Shown: positions 18,715-29,477 of the stretch, piece after piece
Layout: every line of letters begins with the position of its first letter
Position numbering within the stretch: the stretch's first letter is position 1
Assembly: GCA_963843145.1 (NCBI GenBank)
Contig: CAWJJC010000023.1
Span: 64,001-128,000, forward strand
From: an uncultured delta proteobacterium
GTDB taxonomy: Bacteria > Desulfobacterota > RBG-13-43-22
DNA length: 64,000 bases
Reading direction: 5' to 3'
Program-made: the position numbers and the translations under genes
The notes under the pieces: generated by a model
What the model was told of the DNA's origin: nothing
The model's input: only the letters and a program-made list of their open reading frames with translations
The model's database searches: none

Positions 18715-20877
18715 TTATCGGCCTTTCTCCGCCGATGGCCGGGCGGACTTTCTTATCCCGGGAGAAAACGACATCCTGGTTTTAGGGATCTCGCCTGAGC
18801 CTCTCAACGACTGCGGCGACTGGGCCCCCACCAGGATGGACACATCATCCAACAGGAGGGCTGCTGAAAAATCTCCGGTAGGATCAGGGGCGATCTCCGC
18901 CTTAAAGGTCAGATCCAAGGCTTTACCCTGAAAATTTGCCGGAATAGCTACCTTTCATTCGTCCAGCCGAAGAGTTCCTGGTTGCAAATCGTAGGTTTTT
19001 ATAGGGGTAGTGTCCAAGATAAACCTCCCCATAACTCCCTCCAATATTATCGTTGGAGTCGATCCAATACCAATAATCGAGCTCAGTGGCATCCGCGGGA
19101 ACAGTGATGCGTTGGGTGAGCGTGGCGACCTCAGCAGGATCTCCACCCAACCAGGCGGCATAAATTACCGCTATGATTAGAAATATCATAATCGGATAAA
19201 TTGACAATTACAAATTCTTGCCAAGAATTAGCTCGAAGTGATTGCCCAGGTCCCATCCGGCCCGTTTTCAAAATCCCCGTTGCAAACGATTTGCTGGCAG
19301 GCGCCTTTATCGTTCAAAACCACCGGCAAATAGACCCAATGGGTGACGGCGGTTTGCGGCGGGGACGGCGGAGGCGTTGGAGGTAACGGCGGAGGACTGG
19401 ACGTATAGACCACGTAATTGGCCGCATAGCCGATATTGGAAACATTTCTTTTTATTCGCATATAACCGGACTCACCCCAGCCGGTTCCCCAGGAATTCTT
19501 CATGATCCAGGTATCGGTGGCATCGTCCCACCCAACCAGCACCACGGCATGGTTGACCTGCCCGGTCTTGCAAACATTTTTTTCATCGCTGGAAAAAATC
19601 CCCGAGCGATAACTGGAGAAGGCCGAACCGGCGCAAACAGCCGCAGCAACCGGCCCGTAGGTGGCGATGGCGTATTTAATGGCTTCCACCGAGGGCACCC
19701 CGTAAGAATTGCCCACATACTTCCAGCTTTCAATCTTCTGGTAATGGGCATGAGGAGGATTGCAGACGCTGTTGCTGGCGGTATAGGGAAAAAGGGTTTC
19801 CAGTACCGATCCCGCTTCGAGTTCACCGGACACCTTTTTGTCCTTGTGATAATCGTGGGCCCACCAGCCGCCATTGCAGCTCCAACCGCTGTCGTTGCAG
19901 GAAAGCAGATATTGCTCGGAAAGATCGGCTAATTCCCCCCCGCTGATCAACAGCTTGGCCTCCAAAGGTGCTACGGTGCCGAAGGCCCAACAGCTCCCGC
20001 AGGATCCCTGATTTTTGACGGGGGAGACATAATTCTGCCCATTCACGCTGCGCCAATCAAAGGAAGACGCCAATTGCAGCGAACCGGAGGCGATTTCCTC
20101 TCCTGGGGTAGTGGTAACCAGGGCTGCCGGGCGCCTCAACGGGGGGTTGGGATTACCTAAGTCGGCCACCAGGGCGATCTCGGGAACTTGAATGGTAGTC
20201 TTTCTTTTAGGGACCTGATCGCCCAACCAGGGCCGGCGGTAGGTAAACTGGACAGAGGTTTCAACATCCTCCAGTCCTTGCAAATAGATAATCTGGGTCA
20301 TGGGGGCACCCAATAGATCACTTTTGGACTCGAAAACGGCATCCCCCTGCTGAAGGACCTGTTGGGCATTCGCAGTCGTGAGTTCCCAGATAAACCCGGT
20401 CGAGGGATTGCTTTCCAAAATCACTGGGATGGACTCCCCTTTTTTGACCCTGCCAATCAGTTCCAGGGCCACCGGGCCATCGGTCAACGGGATGGTCGGA
20501 TCGGCGACGACAAAAATCACTTTTCTAAACTGATCCAACCCCTCGTTTCCCTGGAGAGTGATCGTATAGGTAAAGCCGGCATTTCTTTCCAGACTCCGGG
20601 ATAAATGATAGGCTACCCGATGTGGTTGAACCTGTTCCTGGAGGGTTTGTCGAAGCTTCTGAACTATCCCTGATTCCTGCGCAGCCAAGTCCGGGCTGAA
20701 GGTGATGGCAATGTCCGCTTCCCAATCTTGAATCCCGGTTTGAATTAATTCACCAAAGCACTCTCCCGACCCGAAGGAGATCAATGTGATCAAAGTTAAA
20801 GAAAAGAAGAATGCCAACCCGCCCAACAGCCTCTTCAACGGGTTGAAGTTTTCACGAAAGCGATTGAAATTATTCAT
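18715..20877 (-). CDS. Second secreted C1A peptidase with chagasin/I42-like domain; C-terminal domain (18715-19230) broken by several frameshifts
   Basis: LESNPSTGFIW..YRRPW; QGSCGSCWAF, NHAV, KNSWG; Pro-rich linker, VYLPVV, NGDFENG. Downstream frames give YAAWLGG..LTQRITVP..YWYWIDS and LDLTFK..LLDDVSI, matching the tail of the paralogue. Confidence 0.85.
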
Positions 20878-21241
20878 AGTCGTTTATTAGGTGTAATTCC
20901 TGAGTTGCTTTTCCCTTATTTGCTCAGTACTCTTATCGGCATTTCCCGGACAAACTTAAATCCTGTCCCGCCTTTTGCGGAGGTGGGATAAACCGCTCGA
21001 AATCGTTCCCCCGATCAGCCGGGTCGGGCTAAAACGAAAAAATTTCCTCACCGCTTTCATTTTATTGTCCGTTTTACCGATAAGGCCGGTAAAGGAGCGG
21101 ACCAACTGTCTTTTTACAGAAAATTTGGAAAGTTAAGCAATCCTTGTGGTAGACCGGCGACGGGGTTGCCGCCGGGTTTCCGGCGCGCTTCCGGCCCGGG
21201 CATAATTCAAGACGCCGCCGACTGACGCGAAAGGGGGTACA

Positions 21242-23278
21242 TTGACCAGGCCGGATCATAGAAAAGGAAGAAAAGCCGGATTTTTTCGAATCAGGAGAGA
21301 TAAACCCTCAGCCTTGAATTTCAAGACCGATATATCCGAGCGGAGGCGCTTGGAGAAGGAGCTCAAAAGTTCGGAAAAATTCTATCGAACGTTGATTGAG
21401 AACGCCATCACCGGCGTATATCTGATGGAGCCTGGCCGGTTTATCTTTGTCAATCCGCGCTATTGCGAAATGAGCGGTTATTCTTCCGAGGAATTGCTTA
21501 TCCTGGATCCCTTGTCGCTGATCGCCCCGGACTATCGGGAAGAAATTAAATCCCGGTTGAACAAACGTTTCAGCGGGGAGGAACCCTGGGCCGAATACGA
21601 AACCCGAATGATATGCCGGGATGGCTCTTTTCGGGATATCCTCATCCGGGCCGTTCGGATCGAATATGACGGCCGGCCGATGGTTCTGGGCAATTTTTTC
21701 GACATCAGCAGCCGGAAACAGGCCGAAAGGGCGTTGGAAGAAAAGGAAAAGAAATTTCGTTTGCTCTACGAGGATGCCCCACTGGGATACCAGTCTCTGG
21801 ATAAAGAAGGACGGCTGCTGGAAGTCAATAAGGCCTGGCTGGATCTATGGGATTACCGGCGCGATGAAGTCCTCGGCCGCTGGTTCGGGAATTTTCTGAC
21901 CCCGGAATCCCAAAAATTGTTCGCCGCCCGTTTTCCCTGCTCCGAAGGGAATGAAGCCCTTCACGGGGTGGAATTTGAAATTCTGCGTCGTGATGGGTCC
22001 TCCAGGACAATTGCCGTCACCGGACGAAGGAGCTTGGAACGCTCCGGCCAAATGAACCAGACCCATTGCATTATTCAGGATATAACCAATCGAACCCAAT
22101 TCGAACGACAGTTGCGCCAAGTCCAGAAAATGGAAGCCATCGGCACCCTGGCCGGAGGAATAGCTCATGATTTTAATAATCTGCTGGGGGCCATTCTTGG
22201 GTACGCGGATTTGGCCCTCCTGGGCGCCTCCGGCGACTCTTCCCTGCGACACAATCTGGAACAGATTCTCCAAGCCGGATTTCGGGCCAGAGGGTTGACT
22301 AAACAAATATTAGCCTTCAGCCGGCAATCCGAGCAGGAGCGCAAACCCCTCCGGATCGGTCCGATTATCGAGGAAACCCTCAAGCTAATGAAGGCCTCCA
22401 TCCCTTCCACCATTAAAGTCCAGGCCCTTATTGCTGATGGAGAAGACCTGATCTTCGGAGACCCTACTCAAATCCATCAGGTCATCATGAACTTGTGCAC
22501 CAATGCGGCTCAGTCCATGCGTGACCAGGGGGGGATACTAAACGTGCGTTTGTTTCCCATTGAGATCCCTATAGAAGAGAAACATTGGCATCCCGATTTG
22601 TCAGCGGGCCCTTTTCTTAAGCTGGAAGTTGAAGACACCGGCCAAGGGATAGAGCCCAGATGGCTGGATAAGATTTTTGATCCCTTCTTCACCACTAAAG
22701 ACCCCGGTGAGGGCACAGGAATGGGTCTGGCCGTAGTGCACGGGATTGTCAAAAGTCACGGTGGGATAATCGGCGTTGAATCCGAACCCGGGAAAGGCAG
22801 TCTTTTCACCGTTCTTCTCCCGAAAATCCAACACGAAACCCTACCTGAACCTATCGAAGTCAGTCCAATGCCCACTGGGCGGGAGAGGATCTTATTGATT
22901 GACGATGAGGAGATTTTGGTCGACCTGGGGAAACAAATGCTGGAGTACCTGGGGTACCAGGTCACGACCCGAACCAGCAGCCTGGAGGCCCTGGAATTAT
23001 TCAAGAGCCAGGCCGACCGGTTCGATCTGGTCATAACCGATCACACCATGCCCCAGATGACCGGATTGGACCTGTCCAAGGCCCTGTTGGAGCTCAGGCC
23101 CGGAATCCCCATCCTCCTTTGCACGGGCTTTAGCGAAACCATCACCCCGCAGAAGGTTCAGGCCCTGGGCATTCGGGAATTAGTCATGAAACCGATCGTC
23201 TTTAAAGAATTGGCCGGAATCATCCGCCAGACATTAGACAAATATCAAATTCCGCTCCAACGTTCTTTAGCTCAATAG
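21242..23278 (+). CDS. PAS-PAS hybrid sensor histidine kinase with receiver domain (start uncertain)
   Basis: Two PAS/PAC domains, [42 protein letters not shown]; receiver [17 protein letters not shown]. Confidence 0.93.
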   Translation: MTRPDHRKGRKAGFFRIRRDKPSALNFKTDISERRRLEKELKSSEKFYRTLIENAITGVYLMEPGRFIFVNPRYCEMSGYSSEELLILDPLSLIAPDYREEIKSRLNKRFSGEEPWAEYETRMICRDGSFRDILIRAVRIEYDGRPMVLGNFFDISSRKQAERALEEKEKKFRLLYEDAPLGYQSLDKEGRLLEVNKAWLDLWDYRRDEVLGRWFGNFLTPESQKLFAARFPCSEGNEALHGVEFEILRRDGSSRTIAVTGRRSLERSGQMNQTHCIIQDITNRTQFERQLRQVQKMEAIGTLAGGIAHDFNNLLGAILGYADLALLGASGDSSLRHNLEQILQAGFRARGLTKQILAFSRQSEQERKPLRIGPIIEETLKLMKASIPSTIKVQALIADGEDLIFGDPTQIHQVIMNLCTNAAQSMRDQGGILNVRLFPIEIPIEEKHWHPDLSAGPFLKLEVEDTGQGIEPRWLDKIFDPFFTTKDPGEGTGMGLAVVHGIVKSHGGIIGVESEPGKGSLFTVLLPKIQHETLPEPIEVSPMPTGRERILLIDDEEILVDLGKQMLEYLGYQVTTRTSSLEALELFKSQADRFDLVITDHTMPQMTGLDLSKALLELRPGIPILLCTGFSETITPQKVQALGIRELVMKPIVFKELAGIIRQTLDKYQIPLQRSLAQ

Positions 23279-23535
23279 ACATCTAATCCGTCAAGTTCTT
23301 GACTTAATCAAGCGTCTGGAAGGCTAGCGGACCAGCCCTTCGAGATTAACCTATTGAAATAAGGATATTATTAAAAATTTAATTTTTGGTACAATTCTTG
23401 AATAAATAGTATTAAGGTCAACGAAAGAAATATCTCCCTCGACTCGACCTTGAATCCCTTCCCTCTTCGGCCTGTCCGTTTGCGGATTGAAATCCCCGGG
23501 CAGGCCCTGCCTTTTGCTGAAAGACAAAAGAGTTT

Positions 23536-23940
23536 TCAGTCAGCGATCAGGTTGAATTCCAGGACTTGGATCTCTCCCGGGTCGAGGGAACCTTTGACCG
23601 GATGCGGACCCAAGCGGACTTTTTTTCCGATGAGTCCCATATCTGCCGTTTCCGGGTCTCTATTCACAATCAACCCCATCACCCAGGGTCCCTGTTCCAG
23701 CTCGACCAGGGCAAGAACATAGGGGGGTTGTTTGCCTTCCGGGGCTACCCGGATGACCGTGAAGGTGCGGATCGCGCCCTCCCCTTTAATCTCCGCCGGA
23801 AACAAGTTTGGCCCTCGGCAGGTTCGGCAGACTCCTTGAGGGGGAACGGTGTAGGTCCCGCAGGATGGGCAGTGCAACCCCAATAATTTTCCCTCCCTCA
23901 GGCCCTGCTGGTATTGCTCAAACGTTAAGGGATATTCCAT
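23536..23940 (-). CDS. DUF35 Zn-ribbon/OB-fold protein (thiolase partner)
   Basis: CPSCG..PPQ.VCRTC and PYVLALVEL..GP; directly downstream of an SCP2-type thiolase. Confidence 0.9.
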   Translation of the reverse strand: MEYPLTFEQYQQGLREGKLLGLHCPSCGTYTVPPQGVCRTCRGPNLFPAEIKGEGAIRTFTVIRVAPEGKQPPYVLALVELEQGPWVMGLIVNRDPETADMGLIGKKVRLGPHPVKGSLDPGEIQVLEFNLIAD

Positions 23941-23942
23941 CT

Positions 23943-25109
23943 TCAACTCCTGAAAATGAGGTTGCAGACTGTTCCGAAATCTCCGCCCAGGGTGTCCACC
24001 AGCCCCACCCGGGCTCCAGCCACCTGGCGGGCACCACTTTCCCCGCGCAGTTGTTCTACGATCTCCACCACCTGGGCCGCGCCGGTGGCCCCAATCGGAT
24101 GCCCCTTGGCCTTGAGGCCCCCCGAAGGATTAACCACCACCCTGCCCTTGAAGGTCGTCTCCCCTTTAGCCGCCGAGTCATGGGCTTGTCCGAAATCGTA
24201 AAAACCCAAACCCTCCAAGGCCAGGATTTCGGCAATGGTAAAACAATCATGGAGTTCCACCACATCGATATCCCGGGGAGTCAGTCCTGACTGCTCATAG
24301 GCTGCCTGAACCGAGGTTTCCCGGGCCTTGACCCGAGTCAGATCCTGCTGACGGTATAATGGTCCGGCCGAGGCCTGGCCCATCCCGACGATATAAACGG
24401 GTTTTTTCGTCAGCTTCCGGGCCGTCCCGGCCTCCGCGATGACCACCGCCGCCGCGCCGTCAGAAAAAGGGCAGCAATCCAACAACTGCAGGGGATCGGC
24501 CACCATCATTCCGGTCAGCACCGTTTCCGCCTGAATGATTTTCTGAAAATGGGCCTTGGGATTCAGGAATCCGTGGGAATGGTTTTTGACCGCCACCTCT
24601 GCCATGTTCCTCTTTAGAACCTCCAGGGGGATTCCATACTTGTGGGCGTACAGATGGGTAGCCATGGCAAAGACCCCTGGGAAAGTCAGCCCCACCGCCG
24701 ACTCGTACTGGGCCTGGCAAGCCATGGCGAAGGTCCGGGTGGCCAGAGGCGTGCCCATTCGGGCGGCCCGTTCGGTACCCCCGGCCAGGACCAGGTCGTA
24801 AACCCCGGAGGCCACCAGCAGGGCCGCATGGCGTATGGCCACTGTAGCCGTGGCACAGGCCGATTCGAAGCGGGTGGCCGGGGCCGATACGGGCAGGCCT
24901 AGCTCCGCGTGGGCAAAGGGCGCCATGTGCAGTTGCCCCTCCTCAAAATCACCCAGACAGTTGCCGAAAAACAGAGCCTGCAACGCCTTGGGTTCCAGGT
25001 TGGATTGTCCAATAGCTTCCAGGCCCGCTTCGGCAAACATCTCCAGATTGCTCTTCCGGGAAATGCCGAATTTGGTCATCGCCGCCCCCACTACTGCAAC
25101 CTCCCTCAT
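23943..25109 (-). CDS. SCP2-type thiolase
   Basis: ESACATA, VAVKNH, CCPFSDGAAA, ELHDCFT and NPSGGLKAKGHPIGATG. Confidence 0.92.
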   Translation of the reverse strand: MREVAVVGAAMTKFGISRKSNLEMFAEAGLEAIGQSNLEPKALQALFFGNCLGDFEEGQLHMAPFAHAELGLPVSAPATRFESACATATVAIRHAALLVASGVYDLVLAGGTERAARMGTPLATRTFAMACQAQYESAVGLTFPGVFAMATHLYAHKYGIPLEVLKRNMAEVAVKNHSHGFLNPKAHFQKIIQAETVLTGMMVADPLQLLDCCPFSDGAAAVVIAEAGTARKLTKKPVYIVGMGQASAGPLYRQQDLTRVKARETSVQAAYEQSGLTPRDIDVVELHDCFTIAEILALEGLGFYDFGQAHDSAAKGETTFKGRVVVNPSGGLKAKGHPIGATGAAQVVEIVEQLRGESGARQVAGARVGLVDTLGGDFGTVCNLIFRS

Positions 25110-25164
25110 GCACCCCTCCTATTCATAGTTCCTTTGTCCGGTATTCAACATCCTACGATCGGCT

Positions 25165-25932
25165 TTACTTCGCCCCCATCCTCAATCCGCCGTCCAAACG
25201 GATCACTTCCCCATTCAATAGGGGGTTTTCAATGATCTGGGCCGCCAGCATGGCGAATTCCACCGGCCGTCCCAAACGTTTCGGGAAAAGGGTCATGTTG
25301 ACCAGGGACTCATAGACCTTGGGAGACATGCCGGCCATCATGGGGGTTTCAAACAATCCGGGGGCGATCGTCACGATTCGAATCCCATAGTTGGCGAACT
25401 CCCTGGCAATAGGCAGGGTCATACCGGCCACCCCTGCCTTGGAGGCGGCGTAAGCCGCCTGACCGAACTGGCCTTCATAGGCTGCGACTGAAGAGGTATT
25501 TACCATCACGCCCTTTTCACCGTCCTCGTTAGGTTGATTTTTGTTGATCTGCTCGGCGGCCAGGAGGATCACGTTCATGGTGCCGATCAGGTTGATTTGG
25601 ATTACCTGATTGAACCGGGCGATGTCCATCGGCCCCTCTTTTCCCAGCACCCTGCCGGGAGTGGCCACACCGGCACAGTTCACCACGAAATGGATAGCCC
25701 CGAAAACTTCCATGGTTTTGGAAATGGCCTCTTTCACGCTGGCCTCATCCGTCACATTGGTTTTACAGAACAGCGCATCTCCACCTAATTCGGAAGCCAC
25801 TTTTTCCCCCCGATCCTGGGCAAAGTCGAGGATCGACGCCTTGGCCCCTTTCCCCATTAAATAGCGCACCGTGGCCTGCCCCAAACCGGAAGCCCCGCCG
25901 CTGACCACGGCTACCCCACCCTTAATCTCCAT
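25165..25932 (-). CDS. SDR, 3-hydroxyacyl-CoA dehydrogenase type II (HSD10-like)
   Basis: SGGASGLG, NCAG, YAASK, TLPIARE, IAPGLFETP and NGEVIRLDG. Confidence 0.93.
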   Translation of the reverse strand: MEIKGGVAVVSGGASGLGQATVRYLMGKGAKASILDFAQDRGEKVASELGGDALFCKTNVTDEASVKEAISKTMEVFGAIHFVVNCAGVATPGRVLGKEGPMDIARFNQVIQINLIGTMNVILLAAEQINKNQPNEDGEKGVMVNTSSVAAYEGQFGQAAYAASKAGVAGMTLPIAREFANYGIRIVTIAPGLFETPMMAGMSPKVYESLVNMTLFPKRLGRPVEFAMLAAQIIENPLLNGEVIRLDGGLRMGAK

Positions 25933-26159
25933 CTTCTTCCCCCTCTCTTCTGAATTAATGAAATATTATCAAACGTTATTATGAGGTTAGCTTCATTCCT
26001 GGTCCCATGAACCGGGGCTATCATAGTAGGCTTATTTTGACAAGTCAAGACGTTGCCGACTGGCCGGCGCCTTCGTTTTGACCTTTCGCTGACCTGAGAA
26101 GATCCGCGGTGGAGTGGATGGGGAACGATTTGAGGTGAAGGACAGATTTCAATAAGCGG

Positions 26160-27215
26160 TTAAAAACGAAAAAGGGAGGCCCCCCAGGTAAAACCGGCCC
26201 CAAAAGAGGTAGTCAGAACCAGATCGCCTCGTTTGATCCGATCGGAGCGGACCCCTTCATCCAGGGCCGTGGGAATGGTGGCCGCCGAGGTGTTGCCGTA
26301 CTTCTGAACGGTCAGGATCACCTTTTCCAGGGGGACTTCCATCAGCTTGGCCACGGCCTCGATGATCCGCAGATTGGCCTGGTGGGGAATAAACCAATCG
26401 ATCTGCCGGCGGGAGATTCCACCTTCTTCCAGGGCGGCTTTCGAGGCTTCCGCCATGGAACGGACGGCATGTTTGAAGACCTCATGGCCCTTCATCTTTA
26501 CGTATTGGAGTCGCCGGTCGATCATCTCATGGGTCGGCGGGTTGAGCGAGCCGCCACCGGGGACATTCAGGAGTCCCCAAAGGTCGCCATCGGAATAGAT
26601 CCGGGTGGAAAGGAGTTCTCCCTCCCCTTTTCGGGTGAGCTGCCCCAGAACGACCGCTCCAGCCCCGTCTCCAAAAAGCACGCAGGTATTTCGATCCTCA
26701 AAATCGGTTCGGTGCGAAACGATCTCCCCCCCCACCACTAAGACTCGTTGATGGGATCCATCCTGCATAAACTTCTGGGCCACGGCCAGCCCGTATATGA
26801 ATCCCGGGCAGGCGGCATTGATATCAAAAGCCACGGCCTTTTTGGCCCCAAGCCGGTGCTGGACTATGCAGCCCGCGGAAGGAGAGGGCATATCCGCCGT
26901 GGAGGTGCCGATAATAATCAGGTCCAGTTCCTTCGGAGAAACGCCCGCCATTTCCAGGGCTTTTTCCGCGGCCGGGACCGCGAGATCGCTCAGGGCCTGC
27001 CCGGGCAGAACCATCCTTCGTTCTTTAATTCCGGTCCGACTGACGATCCATTCGTTGGAGGTATTTACCAGGCCTTCGAAATAAGCGTTGGGGACGACCC
27101 GTTCGGGAATAAAGGATCCTGTCCCCAAAATGCGCACTTTCTTCAATTGAATGTCTTTCCCCCCATCGTCTTTGATGCTTTGAGAATTATTATCATTTGA
27201 AATACTATTTATCAA
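26160..27215 (-). CDS. fabH: 3-oxoacyl-ACP synthase III (true start probably further downstream)
   Basis: Cys-His-Asn triad in AACPGF, PHQAN and YGNTSAA; also LFGDGAGA and FGAGFTWG. Confidence 0.92.
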   Translation of the reverse strand: MINSISNDNNSQSIKDDGGKDIQLKKVRILGTGSFIPERVVPNAYFEGLVNTSNEWIVSRTGIKERRMVLPGQALSDLAVPAAEKALEMAGVSPKELDLIIIGTSTADMPSPSAGCIVQHRLGAKKAVAFDINAACPGFIYGLAVAQKFMQDGSHQRVLVVGGEIVSHRTDFEDRNTCVLFGDGAGAVVLGQLTRKGEGELLSTRIYSDGDLWGLLNVPGGGSLNPPTHEMIDRRLQYVKMKGHEVFKHAVRSMAEASKAALEEGGISRRQIDWFIPHQANLRIIEAVAKLMEVPLEKVILTVQKYGNTSAATIPTALDEGVRSDRIKRGDLVLTTSFGAGFTWGASLFRF

Positions 27216-27241
27216 ATTATTTTTTTAAGCAAATAAACCCT

Positions 27242-27271
27242 TTGACAGGGATCCTCCCGGGTTGTTAGATT
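27242..27271 (+). promoter_or_regulatory. Putative sigma70 promoter of the VOC gene
   Basis: TTGACA-N18-TAGATT with a TG extended -10. Confidence 0.5.
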
Positions 27272-27293
27272 TAGCGCTCAGGCGGAAATTTTA

Positions 27294-27725
27294 ATGGAAA
27301 TCGGAGGGGATCGTATGACTTGTCATTTACACCACACCCATTTATTTGCTTCGGACCTAAACAAAACTATCCAATTTTATTCGGAATATTTTGACGGTCG
27401 GGTGGTGATGGACCTGGAGATGGCGGGTTCCAGAAATGTTTTCCTGAGCATCGGTCGGGGGAGGCTTCACTTTTATGACCAGGCCCCGAAGAATCCAGTC
27501 CGGGGGAATATCCACCACATAGGTATTCAAACCGACAACCTGGAGGGGATGGTCAAAAAACTCACCGCCGGAGGGGTGCCCTTAAAGAAAGGGATAACGG
27601 ACTTTGGATTCTGGAAATACATCACGGTCCTGGCGCCGGACAACGTCCTGATTGAACTTTTTCAGGTCGACAAGACCCAGTTGTCGAAAGAACAGAGCGC
27701 CTATTTTAATCAAGACCATCCTTAA
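27294..27725 (+). CDS. VOC/glyoxalase family protein
   Basis: LHHTHL..FY...F, IHHIG and PDNVLIELFQ. Confidence 0.88.
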   Translation: MEIGGDRMTCHLHHTHLFASDLNKTIQFYSEYFDGRVVMDLEMAGSRNVFLSIGRGRLHFYDQAPKNPVRGNIHHIGIQTDNLEGMVKKLTAGGVPLKKGITDFGFWKYITVLAPDNVLIELFQVDKTQLSKEQSAYFNQDHP

Positions 27726-28046
27726 AGGCTGTCGGCCTGGTCATAGCGCCGATAGGTCCGCCTTCATCTGTTGATGTATCCGCCCGCGATATTCGTGTAG
27801 ACGGCCCGCGGGCCGCCAGCCGACCTGCAGCGACGAGCCGATTCATCCACCTCCACTCATCGTGGACTGATAATTGATGCACCGGAGCCGACCGACACGG
27901 TCAAGAGCCTGAAAATTCCTTTTTAATGGGTCTGGGAGGATTGCGGTCGACCGGCCCGATCAAACGCCCCAAGGCCGGTCCGGCGAAAGCGTATTACACC
28001 AATTGAAATTATAATCGAAAGGGGAAAGTAAAGCTGAATTGGGCTG

Positions 28047-28734
28047 CTATACCATCAAATATTTCCTCTTGATTTCCTCGTTTGCCTCAAGCTCGGCCAC
28101 TGTACCACTGAAGCGCATGTGCCCGTTGTCGATTACATAGGCACGGCTGATTATCTTTAGGGCCGACCGGATATTCTGCTCAGAAAGCAAAATCGAAATG
28201 CCAGCTTCTTTCAGCCGCAGGATTTGTTCCTCCAGGTTTTTGACGATGAGCGGGGCCAATCCCTCGGTGGGCTCGTCCAGGAGGAGGAGGTCGGGACTAC
28301 CCATGAGGGCCCTGGCGATGGTCAGCATCTGCTGCTCCCCCCCGACAGATGACCGGCCCGTCTGGTCCCGATCTCCCGGAGGGCCGGAAAAGGTCATAGA
28401 CCCGATCCTTGTTCCACTGGGACGACCGAGAGTGAACGATCTCCAGGTTGTCTTCCACGGACAGGTCGGCGAAGACCCGACGGTCGTCGGGCACATAGCC
28501 GATACCTTTGCGGAAGAGAGCATAGGGCTTTATGCCCCTAAGGTCTTCTCCATTGAACGAGATGGTCCCTTCCTTCGGAGGAGTAAGCCCCATGATGCTT
28601 CGCATGGTGGTGCTCTTGCCGGCGCCATTTCGGCCCAGGAGTCCCACCACCTCTCCCCTGGAGACGGTAAGGGAGATATCGAAAAGGACGTGACTCGAGC
28701 CGTAATAGGTATGGATGTGCTTTACATCAAGCAT
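28047..28734 (-). CDS. livF: LivF-type ABC ATPase; two single-base frameshifts near 28340-28390
   Basis: GRNGAGKST, then FPALREIGTRRAGHLS(GG)EQQML once two homopolymer bases are restored, then LLDEPTEGLAP. Confidence 0.88.
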
Positions 28735-29477
28735 CCGTCGTCCCCTCCCAGATAGGCGTCCTGGACCGCCTGGTTGCAGCGCACTTCCTCGCAGGTACCC
28801 TGGATAATCGTTGCTCCCCTTACCATGACCATGATTCGACTGGCGATGCCGAAGACGATCTCCATGTCATGCTCGCAAAAAAGGATGGTCAGGCCCAGCT
28901 TCTCGGATATGGCCTTGATGAGGGCGATACACCGTGCCGTTTCCTCCGGGGCCATACCGGCCGTGGGCTCGTCAAGGATGAGAAACTCGGGATTCCCCCC
29001 TAGAGCCATGGCGATCTCCAGGACCTTTCGGTCTCCGTGGGAGAGCAATGCGGTGGTGCGGTTTTTCTTTTCTGCCAGTCCAACGTCCGACAGGATGCGA
29101 TGGGTCTCCTCCAAGGCCAGTTTCGAAGAAGGGGTGAACAGATTCCAGGTCTTCCGTTCCCGTGACAAGACGGCCACCTGGACGTTTTCGAAGACCGTCA
29201 GCCGCTGAAAGACATTGACGACCTGAAAGGACCGAGTCAGGCCTTTGCGGCAGACCTTGTGGGGCGGAAGCCCGGTAATGTCTTCGCCTTTGAAAAGGAT
29301 CCGTCCGGAATCGGATTTGATGATACCCGAAATCAGGTTGAAAAGGGTCGTCTTACCGGCCCCGTTGGGACCGATGACAGCCACGATCTCCCCTTGATTC
29401 ACCTGCAAGTTAGCCTGGAATACGGCCTGGAACCCGTCGAAGGCTTTCGATAAGGACTCGACACGTAACATACTCAC
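28722..29477 (-). CDS. livG: LivG-type ABC ATPase
   Basis: GPNGAGKTT, LSHG, LDEPTAG, EHDM and V..AYLG. Confidence 0.92.
   Translation of the reverse strand: MSMLRVESLSKAFDGFQAVFQANLQVNQGEIVAVIGPNGAGKTTLFNLISGIIKSDSGRILFKGEDITGLPPHKVCRKGLTRSFQVVNVFQRLTVFENVQVAVLSRERKTWNLFTPSSKLALEETHRILSDVGLAEKKNRTTALLSHGDRKVLEIAMALGGNPEFLILDEPTAGMAPEETARCIALIKAISEKLGLTILFCEHDMEIVFGIASRIMVMVRGATIIQGTCEEVRCNQAVQDAYLGGDDGCLM

Noticed and set aside
21140-21240. Possible c-di-GMP-I riboswitch (CGGGGTTGCCG)
   Set aside because: Only the 3' segment resembles the motif; the GCAAA..GAAA..GACGCAAA core is missing.
27726-28046. GC-rich spacer that might hide a small gene or ncRNA
   Set aside because: No recognisable protein motif, RBS-led ORF or RNA family signature was found by eye.
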